A stretch of 63,935 bases of DNA, the filler included, from Lama guanicoe (taxonomy: Eukaryota), in assembly GCA_013239625.1 (NCBI GenBank). It is 198 parts of 198 records of this genome, joined end to end, with 100 filler letters (N's around TTAATTAATTAA, not from the genome) between each part and the next. Parts side by side here need not be neighbours in the genome. Positions count along the whole stretch, not along the records: positions 1 to 223 come from PNXV01041482.1; positions 324 to 546 come from PNXV01041483.1; positions 647 to 869 come from PNXV01041484.1; positions 970 to 1,192 come from PNXV01041485.1; positions 1,293 to 1,515 come from PNXV01041486.1; positions 1,616 to 1,838 come from PNXV01041487.1; positions 1,939 to 2,161 come from PNXV01041488.1; positions 2,262 to 2,484 come from PNXV01041489.1; 190 more parts are not named here. One strand, 5' to 3'. The first letter of the stretch is position 1; every line of letters starts with the position of its first letter. The notes beneath the pieces were generated by a model, which saw only the letters and a program-made list of their open reading frames with translations, searched no databases and was not told the origin of the DNA. The position numbers and the translations under genes were made by a program. This document shows, piece after piece, positions 1 through 11,304 of this stretch.

Positions 1-223
1 AAATTACTTTCAGAGCATTACTAAGATACTATTTGCCTCCTCACTATGTTGACATCGACTTTGCGGTACAATACAGCTTCGAAGTACTGGAGACTATGGA
101 AGCAAACTGCAGTAGTAATTATTTTCACAACTTTCTTGTAGGAAAAAAATAGGTTTGCTTTAAAACGTCCTGGTTGAAGCATTAAAATTATCATTCCTAA
201 GTCTTCATCCTTAATATCTTCTA
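1..223 (+). mobile_element. Degenerate hAT-Charlie (Charlie1-like) DNA transposon fragment
   Basis: GCTTTAAAACGTCCTGGTTGAAGCATTAAAATTATCATT resembles the recalled Charlie1 transposase region (CACTTAAGAATGTCCTTGATGAAGCAGTAAAAATTATTAAT). Confidence 0.5.
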
Positions 224-323
224 NNNNNNNNNNNNNNNNNNNNNNNNNNNNNNNNNNNNNNNNNNNNTTAATTAATTAANNNNNNNNNNNNNNNNNNNNN
301 NNNNNNNNNNNNNNNNNNNNNNN
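224..323. other. Artificial contig-joining spacer N44-TTAATTAATTAA-N44 (first of ~197 copies, recurring every 322-324 bp to 63711)
   Basis: Identical 100-bp block throughout. The palindromic 12-mer gives TAA stops in all six frames, and flanking sequences are unrelated to each other. Confidence 0.98.
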
Positions 324-646
324 TGGAATCAAGAAGAACTCCAAGGTGTTTCACCTGGAAATTGGAAGGACATGCTTTCCATCACCTGAGATAGCTAAGA
401 TATAGTCAGAGGAGATTTTGCGCAGAAAATAAGAAGTTTAAGTTTGGGCGTATGTAGTTTGAGAGATTTACTAGGCACCCAAGGATTGATACCAGAGTCA
501 CCCTGAAAGACAACTCTCTCTCTTCTCCCCTTTCACTCCTCCCCTCNNNNNNNNNNNNNNNNNNNNNNNNNNNNNNNNNNNNNNNNNNNNTTAATTAATT
601 AANNNNNNNNNNNNNNNNNNNNNNNNNNNNNNNNNNNNNNNNNNNN

Positions 647-1192
647 ATTTTATTTAAAAGTTTCTCTCCAGTGATGGCATAAGGAAGGTTCTTCCAGAAC
701 ACAGGGTCATTCATTTATTCAACAACTCTTACCAGGTTCTTTCTAGACTTCGTATTGCGCTAAATGACTCTCAGATTGTTCTAGACCTGAAGTTTGGGCT
801 CTCACAGCTCCTCCTAGGAGTCCCTTTCTTTCCACTGCGTCTGTGAAACTGGCACATCTCTCTGCTCAGNNNNNNNNNNNNNNNNNNNNNNNNNNNNNNN
901 NNNNNNNNNNNNNTTAATTAATTAANNNNNNNNNNNNNNNNNNNNNNNNNNNNNNNNNNNNNNNNNNNNATTTTATTTAAAAGTTTCTCTCCAGTGATGG
1001 CATAAGGAAGGTTCTTCCGGAACACGGGGTCATTCATTTATTCAACAGCTCTTACCAGGTTCTTCCTAGACTTCGTATTGCACTAAATGACTCTCAGATT
1101 GTTCTAGACCTGTAGTTTGGGCTCTCACAACTCCTCCTAGGAATCCCTTTCTTTCCACTGCGTCTGTGAAACTGGCACATCTCTCTGCTCAG
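647..1192. repeat. Near-identical contig pair (647-869 / 970-1192)
   Basis: 8 substitutions, first and last 49 bp identical. Confidence 0.95.
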
Positions 1193-1938
1193 NNNNNNNN
1201 NNNNNNNNNNNNNNNNNNNNNNNNNNNNNNNNNNNNTTAATTAATTAANNNNNNNNNNNNNNNNNNNNNNNNNNNNNNNNNNNNNNNNNNNNATAAATGG
1301 GAATTGGAAGATGAGTCAAAGAGATCTGGAGCTGTCTGCGAGGGTGCCTCATTCAGATCAGCATCCATTATGCCATTTGTATGGAGTTTTACCCTGTTGC
1401 CTTCATTTGCCAGCCAGGATTCAGGCTTCTCTTATATATTCCTTGAGGTTAAGCAGCGGACAGGGGTGGGGAGGTTGGGGGAGGTGAGGGGTGACAGAGG
1501 GGGGTGTGGTGTGGGNNNNNNNNNNNNNNNNNNNNNNNNNNNNNNNNNNNNNNNNNNNNTTAATTAATTAANNNNNNNNNNNNNNNNNNNNNNNNNNNNN
1601 NNNNNNNNNNNNNNNTGGGAAATAAGAAGGAACACAAGACCCAGAAATTCGAGTTGTCCACTGGACACACACAAACACTAAGCTGAAGGAGACTGGGGGG
1701 GAGCCAGAGTCCAAAGACTGGCTCCTGAACACAGTTTCCCATCTGGTCCTGCAGACATCCCCGAAGTACGAGGAAAAGGTCATTATACCTTCTCGTGGGC
1801 TGTCTACACACGTTTCGCTTTTGGTTTTCTTTCAAGTCNNNNNNNNNNNNNNNNNNNNNNNNNNNNNNNNNNNNNNNNNNNNTTAATTAATTAANNNNNN
1901 NNNNNNNNNNNNNNNNNNNNNNNNNNNNNNNNNNNNNN

Positions 1939-2161
1939 TTCGGGGTTTTCTTGGGCATGAGTCACTCATCCGCCTTGCTTGGCCCTGCAATCAACCTTTC
2001 TCTGCTCCAAATTCTGACATTTCAGTTTGTTTGACCTCATGGTGAAATGCGCACATGAACTTACCTTAAGTAACAATTTTGGTGAGCCAGCGAAGGAGTC
2101 TGTGCCCATGGCAGTTCGACCCAGGTCTGGGGCCACCCCTTCCCTGGTCCCAGCAGCAGTC
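1939..2161 (+). mobile_element. ERV 5' LTR end, primer-binding site and leader
   Basis: AATCAA-CCTTTCTCTGCTCCAAA (degenerate polyA/R region), LTR terminus ...GTAACA (2075), then TGGTGAGCCAGCGAAGGAG (2080-2098) resembling the tRNA-Arg PBS TGGCGAGCCAGCCAGGAG. Confidence 0.7.
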
Positions 2162-2734
2162 NNNNNNNNNNNNNNNNNNNNNNNNNNNNNNNNNNNNNNN
2201 NNNNNTTAATTAATTAANNNNNNNNNNNNNNNNNNNNNNNNNNNNNNNNNNNNNNNNNNNNTCTATCTATCTATCTACTTCCTTTCACTGTGTTTTTCAA
2301 AATAGGATTATAGGAAGTCTTCGTGAACTAATCAAGGCAGAAAGACCAAATCATTTCTACTTTTTCTACCTCTCATGGCTATGTCCTCAAACACTGTACC
2401 TAAAACAATCTTTTCACATATCCCTATATCTCACTTGTAATGGTCCATGTATACAGATAAATGAGGGGACACAGAACACCTGGTNNNNNNNNNNNNNNNN
2501 NNNNNNNNNNNNNNNNNNNNNNNNNNNNTTAATTAATTAANNNNNNNNNNNNNNNNNNNNNNNNNNNNNNNNNNNNNNNNNNNNGTGACAAAAATACTAA
2601 AATATGGGGAGTTTCAAGGAGAGAAGCACTAGGGTGGGATAGGCCAAAACACTTAACCAAAACAAAACACTCCTAAGATTTAAGTTGCATGTTAATTCTT
2701 CTTCATTTGTGACACCAATCTTAACATTTTTTGA

Positions 2735-2807
2735 CAGGTTTCATTACCCTCATTTTATGGATGGGAAAACTGAGGTTGCTTGAATAGGTGATTTGCCTGA
2801 GATCTCT
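2735..2807. mobile_element. MIR SINE core
   Basis: CCCTCATTTTATGGATGGGAAAACTGAGG matches the MIR core motif. Confidence 0.7.
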
Positions 2808-2907
2808 NNNNNNNNNNNNNNNNNNNNNNNNNNNNNNNNNNNNNNNNNNNNTTAATTAATTAANNNNNNNNNNNNNNNNNNNNNNNNNNNNNNNNNNNNN
2901 NNNNNNN

Positions 2908-3118
2908 CCCGGTCCGGCGCGGGGCTGGCGCGGGGCCGCCCGCCGGCTCGCTCCGGGGACTGCGCGGGCTGCTCCGGCTCGCGCCCCGGGCCCTCGTCGC
3001 CGCCTGGCCCCGGCTCCTCGGGCTCGGGCTCGGGCTCTGAGTCGGTCTGCCAGGTGGAGTCGCAGTCCTCCACGGTGGTGGGCTCGCGGAAGCTGACCCC
3101 GCCGAGCAGGTTGCACCT
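2908..3118 (-). CDS. OGFRL1: Opioid growth factor receptor-like 1, first coding exon (partial; start codon reads AGG)
   Basis: Translation RCNLLGGVSFREPTTVEDCDSTWQTDSEPEPEPEEPGPGGDEGPGREPEQPAQSPERAGGRPRASPAPD matches the recalled OGFRL1 N-terminus (MGNLLGGVSFREPTTVEDCDSTWQTDSEPEPEEPGPGGG...). CpG-island composition. Confidence 0.9.
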
Positions 3119-3230
3119 CGGCGAGGCGGGNNNNNNNNNNNNNNNNNNNNNNNNNNNNNNNNNNNNNNNNNNNNTTAATTAATTAANNNNNNNNNNNNNN
3201 NNNNNNNNNNNNNNNNNNNNNNNNNNNNNN

Positions 3231-3453
3231 ACACATTAACTGCAAACTCTACCAAACTCTACCAAATGGCATTTTTTTTTCACAGAAACAGAAAACAAGA
3301 AATCTTACCATTTGTGTGGAACAAAAAAGAACCTGGAGTAGCCTGAGCAACCTTGAGAAGGGAGAACTCAGTTGGAGGTGTCTCCCTCCCTGGCTTCACA
3401 CGATGTTAGGAAGCCACAGTCCCCAGCAGAGATACAGTAAGACATTGGCACAA
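3231..3453 (+). mobile_element. LINE-1 ORF2 fragment, degenerate
   Basis: Matches the PMAFFTE...LKFVWNxKRPRIAKAIL region with frameshifts. Confidence 0.8.
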
Positions 3454-3553
3454 NNNNNNNNNNNNNNNNNNNNNNNNNNNNNNNNNNNNNNNNNNNNTTA
3501 ATTAATTAANNNNNNNNNNNNNNNNNNNNNNNNNNNNNNNNNNNNNNNNNNNN

Positions 3554-3740
3554 CGCACACTTTATAGACCTCAGTGTAGTGTGAACGTAATGTCACACGC
3601 ACTGGGCACCCCGGTGTAGTGGGACCATAGCGGCACGCGCACTGGGGAACCACAAAAGTCGTGCGTCTCCCTTTAGGCGATAATTGCTTTATCGCAGTGG
3701 CCTGTAACCGAACCTGTGATACCGCCGAGATGTGCCTGTG
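3554..3740 (+). mobile_element. Tigger1 (TcMar) 3' end with terminal inverted repeat
   Basis: GCACACTTTATAGAC...GCACTGGGGAACCA...GCTTTATCGCAGTGG...AACCGAACC...CCGAGATGTGCCTG parallels the recalled Tigger1 3' terminus. Confidence 0.75.
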
Positions 3741-4199
3741 TCTATTCCTGTCTCCTGGCAACAGCACTGTGATTTTNNNNNNNNNNNNNNNNNNNNNNNN
3801 NNNNNNNNNNNNNNNNNNNNTTAATTAATTAANNNNNNNNNNNNNNNNNNNNNNNNNNNNNNNNNNNNNNNNNNNNGCAGTAGTTCATACATAAAGATTA
3901 TCACTATTTTCTTAAATTAATGTTAATAAAATCTAAGCATTAGTTCAATAAATGAGTCTTTTGCTTAAAAACCATTTTGCCAATAGAAACTCTATTTATC
4001 AATACTGTGATTGTTCTGATTATCAGGAAATGGAATATGGTCTTCAGGGTTTGTGAGCATTTATTAAAAATGTGTTGACTGATAGGTGGTCCAAATGGTN
4101 NNNNNNNNNNNNNNNNNNNNNNNNNNNNNNNNNNNNNNNNNNNTTAATTAATTAANNNNNNNNNNNNNNNNNNNNNNNNNNNNNNNNNNNNNNNNNNNN

Positions 4200-4422
4200 T
4201 TTTCAGTTATACATGAACTTACATATATTCATTGTCACATTTTTTTTCTCTGTGAGCTGCCACAAGATCTTGTGTATATTTCCCTGTGCTCTACAGGATA
4301 ATCTTATTTATCTATTCTACGTATGCCTGTCAGCAGCTACAAATTTTGAAATCCAAGTCTGTCGCTTCCCACTCCCTCCCCCTTGGCACCCACAAGTTTG
4401 TATTCTATGTCTATGAGTCTGT
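4200..4422 (-). mobile_element. LINE-1 3' UTR
   Basis: TTTCCCTGTGCTCTACAG and CACAAGTTTGTATTCTATGTCTATGAGTCTGT are typical antisense L1 3' UTR motifs. Confidence 0.8.
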
Positions 4423-5491
4423 NNNNNNNNNNNNNNNNNNNNNNNNNNNNNNNNNNNNNNNNNNNNTTAATTAATTAANNNNNNNNNNNNNNNNNNNNNN
4501 NNNNNNNNNNNNNNNNNNNNNNTAGTGGAACTCCGCTCCTTGTTTGTTTGTCTTGGAGGCGCAAGTTCACAAAGGCACCTGGGCAGAACAGTCTCCTCTG
4601 TCTGTGGCTGTAAGCAAATCTCAGTCCCCACTATGAGGCTTCCAAGCCCCTGAGTACAGATTCAGGTTTCCACCCTGCCTCCACCTGAGGACAGGAAGAC
4701 TATGGCGGCTGTGGCCGAGCCCCACCTCTCTCCCCGCCCCAAAACNNNNNNNNNNNNNNNNNNNNNNNNNNNNNNNNNNNNNNNNNNNNTTAATTAATTA
4801 ANNNNNNNNNNNNNNNNNNNNNNNNNNNNNNNNNNNNNNNNNNNNCCTGTCTGCCAGGCACTGTGCTAGATGCTGGGAGACACCTTGGAACTCAGCTTGA
4901 GTTCAATATCCCGCTCCAAACCACCCAGCCCTTCCTCCCAGGTTCCCAGCTCAGCAAAGGCACCAACACCAGCCAGCCAAGCATCCAAGCAGGGCACTGG
5001 GGCGATCCCAAGTCCTCCTTCAGCCCCTACACCTGGCCCGTCACCCATCCTGTCAGACCTACCTCCTTNNNNNNNNNNNNNNNNNNNNNNNNNNNNNNNN
5101 NNNNNNNNNNNNTTAATTAATTAANNNNNNNNNNNNNNNNNNNNNNNNNNNNNNNNNNNNNNNNNNNNAAATCTAGTAGGTGAAATTGCTTATTAAGGGT
5201 AAGTTATAGAGGCTATCAAGAAGGGGAAATCAGATCAAAAAGAGAAGTCCTTCTGGGCTTTTCCCAACTACTGAATTATTGAAAACATTTATAGAAAAAA
5301 AAAAAGGGTACCAGGGCAAAGGAAGCTGTCAGTCACATGAGTAAGCCAACAGTGTTGGGAACTTCTAAGAATAAAGAAAACACACGGTCCTNNNNNNNNN
5401 NNNNNNNNNNNNNNNNNNNNNNNNNNNNNNNNNNNTTAATTAATTAANNNNNNNNNNNNNNNNNNNNNNNNNNNNNNNNNNNNNNNNNNNN

Positions 5492-5714
5492 CAGCAGACT
5501 ATGGACTTAAGAAGATATGATGTTTCTATAAATATGCAATCGAATATTATTCAGCCATGGAAACTATAACACATTTCTATTTCAGCATCATGAATGGACA
5601 TAGTAAATATTGTGCTAGTGAAGTAACTTAGACAAAGACAAAAGTATATAATATAATTAATATGTGAAATCTAAAGATTAAGAAATATCTGTGTACATCT
5701 ATCTATAGCTATCT
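5492..5714 (+). mobile_element. LINE-1 ORF2 end / 3' UTR
   Basis: AAGAAGATATG...GAATATTATTCAGCCAT...CAGCATCATGAATGGAC...AGTGAAGTAA. Confidence 0.75.
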
Positions 5715-6137
5715 NNNNNNNNNNNNNNNNNNNNNNNNNNNNNNNNNNNNNNNNNNNNTTAATTAATTAANNNNNNNNNNNNNNNNNNNNNNNNNNNNNN
5801 NNNNNNNNNNNNNNACCAGGGGTCCATGCTGTTGAGGGTTGGGTCTGGAGAGCAATGCCTCCACCACTGAGAATCTGCCCCACCACTTGTGCCCTTGTAC
5901 TCATCGAGGGGGAGGTGATGTATCCATGGGATGAAAGCCATGAGGGAACTAGGTGACTGTGGACCAAGCTGTGACTGGCCTGTCCTGCCCCTCATGTGAC
6001 CCATGTTAGCCTCACATGTAGAAAATCCCCAAAGAGANNNNNNNNNNNNNNNNNNNNNNNNNNNNNNNNNNNNNNNNNNNNTTAATTAATTAANNNNNNN
6101 NNNNNNNNNNNNNNNNNNNNNNNNNNNNNNNNNNNNN

Positions 6138-6360
6138 AGAAATAAAGAGTTTCACAGACAAAAAAAAAGCTGTAGGAGTTTAGCAACATTAAACCCATGC
6201 TAAAAGAAATATTGAAAGGGATTTTCTAAATAGAAAAGTAGCAGGATGCTATAGAAATGAGAACCTCACAAGTGGAAAGGTGATAAATCATGAACTACAA
6301 ATAAAAAAACCCACGAAATTATAAAAGAAGACATACAAATCACTGAGAGTGGGAAAGGGA
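6138..6360 (+). mobile_element. LINE-1 ORF1 C-terminus and inter-ORF region
   Basis: EIKSFTDK..(frameshift)..EFSNIKPMLKEILKGIF* motif. Confidence 0.85.
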
Positions 6361-7429
6361 NNNNNNNNNNNNNNNNNNNNNNNNNNNNNNNNNNNNNNNN
6401 NNNNTTAATTAATTAANNNNNNNNNNNNNNNNNNNNNNNNNNNNNNNNNNNNNNNNNNNNAGTGGATCTTGGTTCTGGTTATTACAGAGCCAGAATGCTT
6501 TTCACCAGTACATTAGCCATTGCTCCTCCATTCTGGAATTATTTTGATTGCCCTATAATTTGACTGAATTTTTTTTAATCCCTTGTTTTTTTTAAGAAGG
6601 GCTCAGAAGTCCCAAATTCTGCAGTGTTTTCATATTTGAATTTCATATCTAAGCAACTTTTCTTTCCTGTATAAAAGGAAAAGNNNNNNNNNNNNNNNNN
6701 NNNNNNNNNNNNNNNNNNNNNNNNNNNTTAATTAATTAANNNNNNNNNNNNNNNNNNNNNNNNNNNNNNNNNNNNNNNNNNNNCCAAGTTCTCCCTGCCA
6801 CAAAGATTCCGTGTTGGGTACTGCCTCCTGCCCGTATCTGCTAGACATACAGGGGAGAGTTGAAAAATATAACTTCTCCGCCTTGCCAGGGGCTGAGAGT
6901 CTCACTGTGGGGACTGAAGAGGGTGGAGCTTAGGGCAGGGGCAGGACTGGCCGGTGACGAGCATCACAGAAACTCTGACAGGCGACACCCCTACCTCAGC
7001 CAATGANNNNNNNNNNNNNNNNNNNNNNNNNNNNNNNNNNNNNNNNNNNNTTAATTAATTAANNNNNNNNNNNNNNNNNNNNNNNNNNNNNNNNNNNNNN
7101 NNNNNNGTTCCCTCTGAGTGGGCGTCTCTGTCCCCTAACCCTGCCAAAGGGCCATGGCTCACCTCTACAGTGAGGCTAGGTTGGAGGGCAGGGGTGGTCT
7201 GGAACACTTGCTGGCCCCAATCTCCCTCCCAGCTATCTCCCTTCCTACATCAGTCCCCATTCAGGACTCCAGCCGTGTGGGCCAGCATCTTGTTCTCAGA
7301 GGCTGCCCTCCCCTTTCTTCTCCATCACGNNNNNNNNNNNNNNNNNNNNNNNNNNNNNNNNNNNNNNNNNNNNTTAATTAATTAANNNNNNNNNNNNNNN
7401 NNNNNNNNNNNNNNNNNNNNNNNNNNNNN

Positions 7430-7652
7430 GGAGACACTACTTAAGGTCCCAACTCCCATAACATTTTATGTCTCCCTCCCACCCTGCTTTTGTTCTTCTC
7501 CTTAGCATATATTGCTTATTAACATTCTATGTATTTTATTTCTCCATTTCTTTATGGCCTCTCCCAGCCATTATAATGGAAGCCCCACTGGGCCAGAGAT
7601 TTTTCTCTAGTTTTTCACTCTTATAGCTTCAGCCTCTAGAAGAATACCTGGT
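7430..7652 (+). mobile_element. L2 LINE 3' end, degenerate
   Basis: CCCTGCTTTTGTTCTTCTCCTTAGCA...AGCCTCTAGAAGAATACCTGG resembles the L2 tail. Confidence 0.6.
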
Positions 7653-8076
7653 NNNNNNNNNNNNNNNNNNNNNNNNNNNNNNNNNNNNNNNNNNNNTTAA
7701 TTAATTAANNNNNNNNNNNNNNNNNNNNNNNNNNNNNNNNNNNNNNNNNNNNAATGCTTTTTCTGCATCTTATTGAGATGATAATATGGGTTTTGTCTTT
7801 TCTTTTGTTGATTTGCATATCTTGAACAATCTTTTTGAACAGGATCAGATTTGCATCATAGTTCTCTTGTACAGAAGTGGGGAGATGAATTAGAACTCAC
7901 AGGAAGGCCACGAACAGTTCAGCTGAGAGATAAGGGCCTGCATTTCTAACAGAGTGAAAAGACAGCCCACAAATGNNNNNNNNNNNNNNNNNNNNNNNNN
8001 NNNNNNNNNNNNNNNNNNNTTAATTAATTAANNNNNNNNNNNNNNNNNNNNNNNNNNNNNNNNNNNNNNNNNNNNG

Positions 8077-8298
8077 TTTTAAATAAGGACGAATCCAATT
8101 AATATCGCCCAGAAATTTCTGAAAGTCATTCAAGGTTAGCAGGGAATCCGTACGTAATTGAAGTTTTTGAGTTTGGAAAGTAAAATTATGTAAACGGAAT
8201 CCCAAATAAGCATATGGACAAAATCTTTGGACTTTTTCATCTGCAATTTGAAGACCAGAAGCTTTCAGAGCAATCAGCATTTGATCGAATACGGTTAA
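8077..8298 (-). mobile_element. Betaretrovirus-like (class II, ERVK) pol, RT palm/thumb fragment with open frame
   Basis: LTVFDQMLIALKASGLQIADEKVQRFCPYAYLGFRL...QKLQLRTDSLLTLNDFQKFLGDINWIRPYLK. GLxIAxEKVQ, PYxYLG and TLNDFQKxLGDINWIRP are betaretroviral RT signatures. Confidence 0.92.
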
Positions 8299-8721
8299 NN
8301 NNNNNNNNNNNNNNNNNNNNNNNNNNNNNNNNNNNNNNNNNNTTAATTAATTAANNNNNNNNNNNNNNNNNNNNNNNNNNNNNNNNNNNNNNNNNNNNGA
8401 AACATTTTTAGCTTGGCTCCTGGGACAATACATGTTCTTGGTTTTCCTATCTCACTGCCCACATGTTCCTAAAATCCTTTATTAGACCCTCATTCCTCCC
8501 TGTTCCCTAACCACCGAGGTGCCCTCGGACTCTCTTCTCGGGCCTCTTTCCTCTTCTCTGTCTGTACTCCCATTCCTCCAAGCCTACAGCAGTTCTTACG
8601 TTTTAAATACCACCTTTAAACNNNNNNNNNNNNNNNNNNNNNNNNNNNNNNNNNNNNNNNNNNNNTTAATTAATTAANNNNNNNNNNNNNNNNNNNNNNN
8701 NNNNNNNNNNNNNNNNNNNNN

Positions 8722-8944
8722 GACACTATGTGTTCCCAACAAGCTAGGTGAAGGAAGGCTTTTACACAAGCTTAACTCTCAAATCTGAGCATGTGGAGAG
8801 ACATTCTTTCATGTAGCTCAAAGGGAAGAGTTTGCAGGAGAAATACTTACCCTCGTTTCTCAGTCTCTTTCCTAGTGCCTGTTTCAAATCCTGCAGTTTT
8901 CACTGTAAAACCGAGTTGGAGGTTGTACCTTCCCATATATATGT
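8722..8944 (+). repeat. Satellite family A monomer fragment (~250-bp unit)
   Basis: Shares TTTTCACTGTAAAACCGAGTTGGAG, TGTGTTCCC, TAGGTGAAG and TTGCAGGAGAAA with three other contigs in circularly permuted phases. Confidence 0.85.
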
Positions 8945-9690
8945 NNNNNNNNNNNNNNNNNNNNNNNNNNNNNNNNNNNNNNNNNNNNTTAATTAATTAA
9001 NNNNNNNNNNNNNNNNNNNNNNNNNNNNNNNNNNNNNNNNNNNNAAAAAAATTACTCAAAAATCCCCTGCACCACTGAGAATTGCTGAGCATATTAGCTG
9101 CTCCTTTTCACCTCTAGTTACTTAGTGAAGTCATGAGAAAGTTAAAAAGAGATTTGACTTTTTTCATATTAACAAGTCCTCTCATGCTGGTTCATGGATT
9201 AAGTAGATCTGGACTAGAGGGTAACATGTGTTAGAATGATGGTCTAAAACACACGCCTAGTTTTATANNNNNNNNNNNNNNNNNNNNNNNNNNNNNNNNN
9301 NNNNNNNNNNNTTAATTAATTAANNNNNNNNNNNNNNNNNNNNNNNNNNNNNNNNNNNNNNNNNNNNGCCTAGAAGTCCTCGCTAGGAGGAACCCAAGGG
9401 ATTTACGAAAAAGGAGAGTAAGTAAGTACATAAATTTATGAAGTTCTGCTCAGGGACAAATCAAGAAATGACACCAACATCTTTGGTTTGGATACTGGCC
9501 TTAACCGTAATAGGCAAGATGGTCAGTTTGCTTGGTGATATTGTAATTTATTGTTCCTGGGGACAATAAGGTACCGCATTCATAAAAAATNNNNNNNNNN
9601 NNNNNNNNNNNNNNNNNNNNNNNNNNNNNNNNNNTTAATTAATTAANNNNNNNNNNNNNNNNNNNNNNNNNNNNNNNNNNNNNNNNNNNN

Positions 9691-9913
9691 TGTATTTATC
9701 AAAGATTTTAGTCTGTAATTTTCTTTTTTGTAGTGTCTTTGTTTTTGGTATCAAAGTGATAGTGACCTCATAAAATGAATTTGGGAGTGTTCCCTTCTTT
9801 TCAAGTTTTTGGAATAGTTTAAGAAGGATAGGTATTAATTCCTCTTTATATGTTTGCTAGAATTACCCTATGAAGTCATTGGCCCTGGACTTCTGTTTGC
9901 TGGGATTTTTTTA
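9691..9913 (-). mobile_element. LINE-1 ORF2 fragment
   Basis: TTTTGGTATCA...CTCATAAAATGAATTTGGGAGTGTTCCC...GGAATAGTTTAAGAAGGATAGGTATT. Confidence 0.85.
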
Positions 9914-10013
9914 NNNNNNNNNNNNNNNNNNNNNNNNNNNNNNNNNNNNNNNNNNNNTTAATTAATTAANNNNNNNNNNNNNNNNNNNNNNNNNNNNNNN
10001 NNNNNNNNNNNNN

Positions 10014-10235
10014 CCGTTTTCACTGTAAAACCGAGTTGGAGAATGTACCTCCCCATATATATATATAAAGAGTGGAGTTTGCAACTGAAAAGAAAATTTG
10101 TGTTCCCTTGAAGATAGGTGAAGGACGGATTTCACACAAATTTATCCCTCAGAAGTGAGCACTTGGAGAGCCGTTCGATTTTCTAAACAAAGGGAACGGG
10201 TTGCAGGAGAAACACTTAATCTGGTTTCTCAGTGT
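10014..10235 (+). repeat. Satellite family A monomer fragment
   Basis: Permuted homolog of 8722-8944. Confidence 0.85.
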
Positions 10236-11304
10236 NNNNNNNNNNNNNNNNNNNNNNNNNNNNNNNNNNNNNNNNNNNNTTAATTAATTAANNNNNNNNN
10301 NNNNNNNNNNNNNNNNNNNNNNNNNNNNNNNNNNNGTCGTACAAGAGAATGATTCTGGCTGAGATTAGCTGTGAGGGGTGGGCTGGAAGGAACGGCAAAG
10401 ACAGACAAGGAAGAGAGGTGGGGGGTGCAAGAGTGGTGAGGAAGAGGGCACTGGGAGGGGGTGGGTGAAGAGAAGCCTGTAGGCCATACCGCTCAGACCG
10501 GCAAAGCCTGGGGCTCCCCAGATGCCCAGGACACAGGACAGGAGCCCAGCACTAGGAGNNNNNNNNNNNNNNNNNNNNNNNNNNNNNNNNNNNNNNNNNN
10601 NNTTAATTAATTAANNNNNNNNNNNNNNNNNNNNNNNNNNNNNNNNNNNNNNNNNNNNAAGATGATAGCTTAGAGAAAGGAAGTTGCAGTGGAGATGGAG
10701 AGACCAGTTCATACATCTGTTTGGATACATGCGGACTCTTCCTGTTATGATGTGGTCAGAATGGCTGGGGTAGGGGTGCACTCCGGGTGTGCATCAAAAA
10801 AGTGTTCATGTGTTGCATATCTAGTTCACTTCATGGATTACTGGTTTAAGAAGATGTTACTTAAAATAAAAGATGCAGGGGNNNNNNNNNNNNNNNNNNN
10901 NNNNNNNNNNNNNNNNNNNNNNNNNTTAATTAATTAANNNNNNNNNNNNNNNNNNNNNNNNNNNNNNNNNNNNNNNNNNNNAAACACCACAGAATGTCCT
11001 ACCATTTTGAATGAGGCTGTTCTTGATTTGTTATTTGGTTGGTTGCTTTGGACCTTCGACTGTTATGGAACTACTGTAAGGTTATTCTAGCCAGTATTTT
11101 GGTAGTCTTTGATGTCTCCTTGGGGAAACAAGAGCTTAGAGCTTGCTAGTCTGTTATTTTGCTCAAGTATGTAGATTTTTAATCCTTGCTCAATGACATT
11201 CACTNNNNNNNNNNNNNNNNNNNNNNNNNNNNNNNNNNNNNNNNNNNNTTAATTAATTAANNNNNNNNNNNNNNNNNNNNNNNNNNNNNNNNNNNNNNNN
11301 NNNN

